From Lacipirellulaceae bacterium (lineage in GTDB: Bacteria; Planctomycetota; Planctomycetia; Pirellulales; Lacipirellulaceae), in NCBI GenBank assembly GCA_035545135.1, contig DASZZA010000271.1, positions 1-34,965 of the forward strand: DNA of 34,965 nucleotides, written 5' to 3'. Under the pieces are notes generated by a model that made no database searches, had not been told where the DNA came from, and saw nothing but the letters and a program-made list of their open reading frames with translations. Shown here piece by piece: positions 30,671 to 34,965 of the stretch. The translations under genes and the position numbers were made by a program. Numbering within the stretch: the stretch's first letter is position 1; every line of letters starts with the position of its first letter.

Positions 30671-32338
30671 TCAGCCCACAGTTCCGGGATAAAGCGGATT
30701 AGGCTTGCCGCTCTTGTGGCGTCCAAGCTCACGCTCGATCATGGCTCGCTCGTCTCTGCGAACCGCCAGACCTAATTCCCGAATGTGCGTCAGGGCTTGT
30801 GTGGATGAATCGACAAGATCGTCCGTTGCTCCCTTGGGGAACGAGGCGAACTCATCAACGAGCATCTGCCCCCACTCGCGGTAGCTTCCGTCTGAGTACG
30901 CCGGCAGAAATATCTGACCGTCCGCGAACATCGGAACAACTGCGTGGCAGCGCGTGACCTTGTCCAAGCCCTTGGGGTCTACAAGCTGGACCGTCCAACC
31001 TTGACCTGAATGCAGCCGGCGGATTTCCTGAGCGACCGAGAGTCCCGAGGCCTTACTTTCAACCAGGAGCTTATGAACCCGGAACCGTTTACAGGAGTGC
31101 GCCACCCATTCTACCAAACCCCACTTTGGCTGGCAGCGCTTGGTGTATTGCGCCTCTGTCTCGCCGGCTAAACGATCCTGATGCGGGCCGTGAAGTTCCA
31201 ATCTTTTGCGCCAAGCATTGAGGCAGATGATCCTGGAATGACCTTTCTCATCGTACCAGACGCCCCAAACTGTGAAGCCTGACGGGTCATTTTCTTGCTT
31301 TGCGGTGTAAGCCGGATCAAGTGAGGCGACGACATACTGACACGCCGGTATTTTTCCGTCGTCGGTAACGTAGTCTTGCCAGTATTCTCGTTTGACGATC
31401 GCGCCCCCGCGAATTTCAGGGCGCTGCTGCCACTGTCCCGCCCACTCGTAAGGATTGCGCTTGAATGGCGCCAATTCCGTTTTGCCGAAGCGTTCGGGCC
31501 AGAGAAGTTCACCGTCTTTTTGGCGCGGATCCGTCCAGCCGAGAACCGTGGTGCAGCGCCGATCGGATTCAAACTCGGCCGGCAGCCACAAATGAACGTG
31601 TTCGCCGTCCTCTAAAAGATGCTCACTCAAATCCTGATGGTTAAGCCGCTGCATGATCACGACTTCCGCAGTGTGCTTCGGGTCCGTCATGCGGGATTTG
31701 AGAACGCCGTCGTACTTTCGAATGACGCCTTCGCGCTTGACTTCGCTTTCCGCCTCGTCGGCTTTATGCGGGTCGTCGATGATCTTGATATCACCACCGC
31801 GGCCCGTAACGGTTCCGTCGAACGAGGCTGAAATACGTGTCCCACCAGCCGTCGTGTCAAACTTGGACTTGGCTTCTTGGTCGCCGGTAAGCTGAACGCG
31901 TTTACCCCACCGCTCCTGATACCAGGAAGACAGAACCAGACGACGCATCAGAATGGCGCTGTCTAGCGCTAGCGTGTCGCCGTAGGACAAGCAGAGGAAC
32001 TTAGTCTGCGGCCCGATGAGCGGATTGCCCTCGATACGTTGTTTAGCCCAAATCCAAGCTGGCCACGATATGGAAGCCAAGAGAGTTTTCGAGTGTCGGG
32101 GCGGGATATTGATTAGGAGCTTGCGGATTTCGCCGCGCGAAACGGCTTCAAGATGTTCTGCGATCGCGTCTAGATGCCAACCATGAACGTAAGGCGCCGG
32201 ATCAAAAACAGGCCACGCGGCCTTGTGAAACTCAATTAGGCTTGCTTCTAGCCGCTCCGCTTCCTCTAGCGCTTTGAGTCGTTCCACCATGCAGGCCAAG
32301 CGCTTCAGTCTCGCGCCGGATTCGCTCTCTGAGTTCAT
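30671..32338 (-). CDS. terL: Terminase large subunit
   Basis: HGWHLDAIAEHLEAVSRGEIRKLLINIPPRHSKTLLAS matches the N-terminal ATPase (Walker A-like) pattern of Terminase_6-type large subunits. The start may be M17 at 32290. It overlaps the terS end. Confidence 0.9.
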   Translation of the reverse strand: MNSESESGARLKRLACMVERLKALEEAERLEASLIEFHKAAWPVFDPAPYVHGWHLDAIAEHLEAVSRGEIRKLLINIPPRHSKTLLASISWPAWIWAKQRIEGNPLIGPQTKFLCLSYGDTLALDSAILMRRLVLSSWYQERWGKRVQLTGDQEAKSKFDTTAGGTRISASFDGTVTGRGGDIKIIDDPHKADEAESEVKREGVIRKYDGVLKSRMTDPKHTAEVVIMQRLNHQDLSEHLLEDGEHVHLWLPAEFESDRRCTTVLGWTDPRQKDGELLWPERFGKTELAPFKRNPYEWAGQWQQRPEIRGGAIVKREYWQDYVTDDGKIPACQYVVASLDPAYTAKQENDPSGFTVWGVWYDEKGHSRIICLNAWRKRLELHGPHQDRLAGETEAQYTKRCQPKWGLVEWVAHSCKRFRVHKLLVESKASGLSVAQEIRRLHSGQGWTVQLVDPKGLDKVTRCHAVVPMFADGQIFLPAYSDGSYREWGQMLVDEFASFPKGATDDLVDSSTQALTHIRELGLAVRRDERAMIERELGRHKSGKPNPLYPGTVG

Positions 32339-32759
32339 AGGCTGTAAGATTGTCGAATTCCCCCGGAGTGCCGACCTCCTTGCGATCGACGAACATTTTC
32401 AGTTCCTTGCCGAGAAGTTCCAAAGACCGGTTGGCCACGCTGCCGTCGTAGCGGTACTCTCCGGTTGGAGCACCTTCGCTGTTCTTCACGGCTTCGTGCT
32501 GCATGGCCCGTTCCACGTTTTCAACGAGGCGAGAGATCACCCATTCCTTGGTGACGATGGCACGCTCCACAACCTTGTCCTGCAATTCGTCGATCCTTGC
32601 CCTTATGTTGCCCTCTGCGAGCAACCGGCTGGCCTTCTCGGTGATCGTCTTTGCAGAAGCCTTGGTGTTGTATGAACGCCTATAAGCTTCGCTGGCATTT
32701 CCTGTTTCAAGATACGCGATGACGAACGCTTCCTGCTTGGGTGTGAGTTTCTCAGCCAT
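32232..32759 (-). CDS. terS: Terminase small subunit
   Basis: LTPKQEAFVIAYLETGNASEAYRRSY...ASRLL is the typical N-terminal HTH region of Terminase_2 / P27-type small subunits. Confidence 0.85.
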   Translation of the reverse strand: MAEKLTPKQEAFVIAYLETGNASEAYRRSYNTKASAKTITEKASRLLAEGNIRARIDELQDKVVERAIVTKEWVISRLVENVERAMQHEAVKNSEGAPTGEYRYDGSVANRSLELLGKELKMFVDRKEVGTPGEFDNLTAYELRERIRRETEALGLHGGTTQSARGSGAARSKPN

Positions 32760-32952
32760 GATGCTTCACTGGCTTGCCGCAAGTGTTGCAAATTCCGAAA
32801 TCATTTTGATTTGTCTCGTTAAAATGGCGAAACTGATCGGCAACACCTGATAGCAACAGGTCGAGCTTCGCCTCAATCCGCGCCAGATGTGCATCTGTGG
32901 CTATCGCTTCCGTGTCGAGTCTTTCGGGACGCCAGTCTTTCATGTGGGCCAT
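32752..32952 (-). CDS. Small hypothetical protein with a C-terminal CxxC
   Basis: 66-aa ORF with SD AGGAGA at 8-nt spacing. Overlaps the terS start by 8 nt. Confidence 0.6.
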   Translation of the reverse strand: MAHMKDWRPERLDTEAIATDAHLARIEAKLDLLLSGVADQFRHFNETNQNDFGICNTCGKPVKHHG

Positions 32953-32964
32953 GATGACGGTCTC

Positions 32965-32998
32965 CTAGAATCCAAACGGCCCGGATTTCTCCAGGCCG
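32965..32998 (-). terminator. Stem-loop with a moderate U-tract between the first two late genes (attenuator candidate)
   Basis: The minus strand reads CGGCCTGG-AGAAAT-CCGGGCCG followed by TTTGGATTCT. Confidence 0.4.
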
Positions 32999-33024
32999 CT
33001 GTAACGTCTCAGGACTGCGTGACT

Positions 33025-33192
33025 TTAGATGCTCCCCGGCTCTGCTGGATCAATGCGCCTTTCAAGGCTCTCGATCTCAGAGAGGGCGTCCAAGGCGATC
33101 GCTCCCGAACCAGGGCCTTCTGGAGAATCCAGATAAACCGCTAGCACTTCAAGTTCCGCCTTGACGATGTCGATTGAGTCCATGAGTGCCAT
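33025..33192 (-). CDS. Small acidic hypothetical protein, first gene of the late operon
   Basis: MALMDSIDIVKAELEVL... with GAGGGG just upstream. The second ATG, 3 codons in, has better spacing. Confidence 0.45.
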   Translation of the reverse strand: MALMDSIDIVKAELEVLAVYLDSPEGPGSGAIALDALSEIESLERRIDPAEPGSI

Positions 33193-33341
33193 CCCCTCAG
33201 TTAGCGAAGGTACGCAAAACAAGGCGTTGGATCGGGATGGTGATCCGAGTGCAGAAGGCTTCCCAACGCCCACCTGCCGCAACCTGAAGCCGCTGTGAAA
33301 TCAGAGATTTGTGGGCTTGTTGAACGGAATTGGCGAGGCTG

Positions 33342-33382
33342 GAAACGCAAAAACGCCCGAGAGCTTTTTCAGCTTCCGGGCG
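33342..33382 (-). terminator. Rho-independent terminator after the RHH/T5orf172 operon and upstream of the late operon
   Basis: The minus strand reads CGCCCG(GA)AGCT-GAAAA-AGCT(CT)CGGGCG followed by TTTTTGCGTTTCC. Confidence 0.65.
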
Positions 33383-33496
33383 GAATGGTGACACAGATTA
33401 TGAGGGTGTATGGCACTTTATGAGAGATTTGTCTAGGGCGGCTGCATCGAATTCAGGCCCAAAGCAACAGCAAAATGCGCGACAATTCGTCACACA

Positions 33497-33916
33497 TTAT
33501 CGCTTAGGCTGCCTCTTGGTAGCAAAATCGGGCCCCGATATGCGCATCGATCGCCCTCCGAACTTGTTCTTCCAACTCCAAGTCGAAGTATCCCATTGCC
33601 ATGCGCAATTTGTCCCCGTCTTTTCAAACCAATGACGTTCCACAATGGCGATTGCTTCCTCGACGCTCAAGCGAAACCACTCACTTTCGCCCCTGATCTT
33701 TTTCCCGTCCAATGGCTGGAACCGAAGGTGAGTCAACGCACGATGACATGCCGATTCAACTGAATACGCCAGGTCGTGTCTCTGGCTACAAGCCACCGCC
33801 CATCGCCCAATGCCTGCTGGCGTGTGGACTTCCTTTACCCGGTCATTGCCCCATGCCGATGCACCTATTTTGCAGTAACCGGCGTCATCAGAGACAATAT
33901 AAACGGATGAACTCAT
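33497..33916 (-). CDS. T5orf172 / GIY-YIG-superfamily domain protein
   Basis: VYIVSDDAGYCKIGAS...R...H...HRAL...GESEWFRLSVEEAIAIV matches the T5orf172 (MUG113-like) pattern as I recall it. ATGA overlap with the RHH gene. Confidence 0.6.
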   Translation of the reverse strand: MSSSVYIVSDDAGYCKIGASAWGNDRVKEVHTPAGIGRWAVACSQRHDLAYSVESACHRALTHLRFQPLDGKKIRGESEWFRLSVEEAIAIVERHWFEKTGTNCAWQWDTSTWSWKNKFGGRSMRISGPDFATKRQPKR

Positions 33917-34113
33917 CGGCGCTTCCTCCGTGCTTCCAATGCGGATGCTAACAGTTCTCGTATGACCGCCGTCCGATCCGGCTGGCCGAAACGCTCGCCC
34001 ACGATTTCCTCGATCTGATCCAGCATTTCATGCGGCAAGCGGATAGCGATCTGCTTCATGGCTTCGTTCAGCATTGGCGGCCGTCCCGGCGATGGTTTCT
34101 GGACCTTTTTCAT
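33913..34113 (-). CDS. Ribbon-helix-helix (CopG/Arc-like) DNA-binding protein
   Basis: KQIAIRLPHEMLDQIEEIV...DRTAVIRELLASAL is a classic RHH beta-alpha-alpha pattern. The start is placed at MKKVQK because the upstream 12 codons coincide with promoter/operator repeats. Confidence 0.7.
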   Translation of the reverse strand: MKKVQKPSPGRPPMLNEAMKQIAIRLPHEMLDQIEEIVGERFGQPDRTAVIRELLASALEARRKRR

Positions 34114-34119
34114 CCCTCT

Positions 34120-34149
34120 TGTATATCGTATCCCATCGTATCCCATCAA
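34120..34149 (-). promoter_or_regulatory. Candidate leftward promoter for the RHH operon, possibly giving a leaderless mRNA
   Basis: The minus strand reads TTGATG-18 nt-TATACA, and the -10 ends 6 nt before the ATG at 34113. The spacer consists of two tandem operator-like repeats. Confidence 0.4.
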
Positions 34150-34214
34150 ATCACGAAAATGTGAAATGGACAGACTTCCGATTTGATGTCCGGTCTATTG
34201 TATTTCGTATCCCA
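34126..34214. promoter_or_regulatory. Three copies of TCGTATCCCA (operator candidates)
   Basis: Exact 10-mers at 34126-34135, 34136-34145 and 34205-34214. An extended 17-mer, TTGTAT[A/T]TCGTATCCCA, occurs at 34119 and 34198. Confidence 0.55.
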
Positions 34215-34226
34215 ACGGTATATACT
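34198..34226 (+). promoter_or_regulatory. Candidate rightward early promoter
   Basis: TTGTAT-17 nt-TATACT. The spacer contains the third TCGTATCCCA copy. It lies about 50 nt upstream of the first plus-strand gene. Confidence 0.45.
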
Positions 34227-34276
34227 TAAGGAAGTTGAGCAGGCCCCATCGCCAATACGCAGAAGGAGAAATCACC

Positions 34277-34420
34277 ATGCAGAAGATTCTCAATGCCCTT
34301 CCGATGATCGCTGCTGCATTCGGCTTTGGCCTGATCTTCGGACTGGTTTTCGGGCTCCCGCCCGTCCCGATCGCACTCGGTGCGGTTGGTGCTGAGGTTG
34401 GAATGAGGGCTTTGACCTAA
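34277..34420 (+). CDS. 47-aa hydrophobic membrane peptide, first gene of the rightward operon
   Basis: Strong SD AAGGAGA 7 nt before the ATG. Translation: MQKILNALPMIAAAFGFGLIFGLVFGLPPVPIALGAVGAEVGMRALT. Confidence 0.55.
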   Translation: MQKILNALPMIAAAFGFGLIFGLVFGLPPVPIALGAVGAEVGMRALT

Positions 34421-34429
34421 AGGTCGAAA

Positions 34430-34452
34430 GCCGGGAGGGTCAAGCTCCCGGC
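34430..34452 (+). other. 8-bp GC-rich stem-loop after the 47-aa gene
   Basis: gccgggag-ggtcaag-ctcccggc. There is no clear U-tract, so a terminator function is doubtful. Confidence 0.3.
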
Positions 34453-34532
34453 TCTGCCGTTCATGACGGCACTGATGAGACCATACCGGGATGCCTTTGG
34501 AGGCGCCCGATCTGTCTAAAGGAGACGATCAA

Positions 34533-34760
34533 ATGACTTATACGCAGAAGGATATCGCTCAACTTCTCGACCGCGCCGCAGCCCGTGCCCATCAAGCCGG
34601 CCGCACGCCAGCGACGCGGAAACAAATCTGGTATCTCGCCGGCCTGATGGTTCCGGAGGTCGAGCGTCACGGCGTCGAGTCCGAACCCGCGCTTCACGAT
34701 AGCAACTTCGTGCTGTGCGTTAAAAAGGCATCGAGCCAGATCGATATCCACAAAATCTGA
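34533..34760 (+). CDS. 75-aa hypothetical early protein
   Basis: The internal ATG is preceded by AAAGGAGA, within GTCTAAAGGAGACGA. Confidence 0.55.
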   Translation: MTYTQKDIAQLLDRAAARAHQAGRTPATRKQIWYLAGLMVPEVERHGVESEPALHDSNFVLCVKKASSQIDIHKI

Positions 34761-34892
34761 TGTCATTTGCGAAACCTAGCCCCGGCGAGCCGGGGCGACG
34801 GTCGGTGAGGGGTAGTGCCCCACCCTGATGAGCAGCTATAATCCAACCGGGCCGTCTTACAGAGACGCCCTCTCAGTCTAAAGGAGACGACA

Positions 34893-34965
34893 ATGTTTTT
34901 GGCTCAATACGATAAATCTGGCGTCCAGATTAAAAACCACAAGAGCGGGCGCGTACTTGTGTCAG
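34893..34965 (+). CDS. Partial ORF (5' end only) running off the window
   Basis: ATG preceded by the same GTCTAAAGGAGACGA element. Begins MFLAQYDKSGVQIKNHKSGRVLVS... Confidence 0.4.
   Translation, partial: MFLAQYDKSGVQIKNHKSGRVLVS

Larger units (their letters stand above)
201..34965. mobile_element. Tailed-phage genome or prophage segment, podovirus-like gene order, late genes on the minus strand
   Basis: Continuous, tightly packed minus-strand operon with many TAATG/ATGA stop-start overlaps. It encodes terminase, portal, scaffold, capsid, tail, ejection and lysis functions. A regulatory region lies at the right end and a tRNA-derived att-like sequence at the left. Confidence 0.85.

Noticed and set aside
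33197-33635. 65-aa minus-strand and 101-aa plus-strand ORFs in the gap between T5orf172 and the late operon.
   Set aside because: Both run through the strong terminator hairpin at 33342-33382 and have no RBS. The region is better explained as regulatory.
34114-34149. Upstream start (MMGYDGIRYTRG...) for the RHH protein.
   Set aside because: These codons are the reverse complement of the tandem TCGTATCCCA repeats and the predicted promoter. There is no SD, and the RHH fold needs only the shorter form.
1-34965. CRISPR array, a diversity-generating retroelement (template/variable repeats plus reverse transcriptase) near the fibre genes, an integrase, or IS elements.
   Set aside because: There are no spaced identical repeats, no RT-like or recombinase-like ORF, and no inverted terminal repeats. 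The repeats in the fibre genes are in-frame protein repeats.

Overview
Almost the whole window (about 200 to 34965) is one tailed-phage genome or prophage with a short-tailed (podovirus-like) layout. A single minus-strand late operon runs from about 33.2 kb down to 0.37 kb. In transcription order it encodes: small proteins, terS, terL, portal, a GroES-like co-chaperonin, scaffold, capsid-module proteins, adaptor/nozzle-like proteins, three fibre-like proteins, three giant internal-virion (ejection) proteins with a GNAT-like gene between them, then a lysis cassette (GH25 muramidase, i-spanin, o-spanin) and two single-pass membrane proteins. The right end (33.5-35 kb) is a regulatory region. It holds a minus-strand RHH + T5orf172/GIY-YIG operon, back-to-back promoters carrying a 10-nt operator-like repeat, and the first small plus-strand early genes. 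The left end carries the 3' two-thirds of a tRNA-Gln(UUG)-like sequence (probable att core) and a terminator. Two plus-strand genes interrupt the minus-strand operon: a DUF1796-like putative cysteine peptidase and a signal-peptide-bearing cysteine-rich peptide. I saw no integrase, transposase, rRNA, CRISPR array or reverse transcriptase. Most functions come from motif recognition, gene order and size, and nothing was searched against a database. The most interesting items are the secreted Cys-rich peptide gene, the C-terminally membrane-anchored endolysin without an obvious holin, the GNAT-like gene inside the ejection operon, a short GG-x-V motif shared by five virion-module proteins, a diverged duplicate of a small Cys-containing ORF at two module junctions, the RHH/T5orf172 operon with its switch region, and a possible antisense nested ORF.
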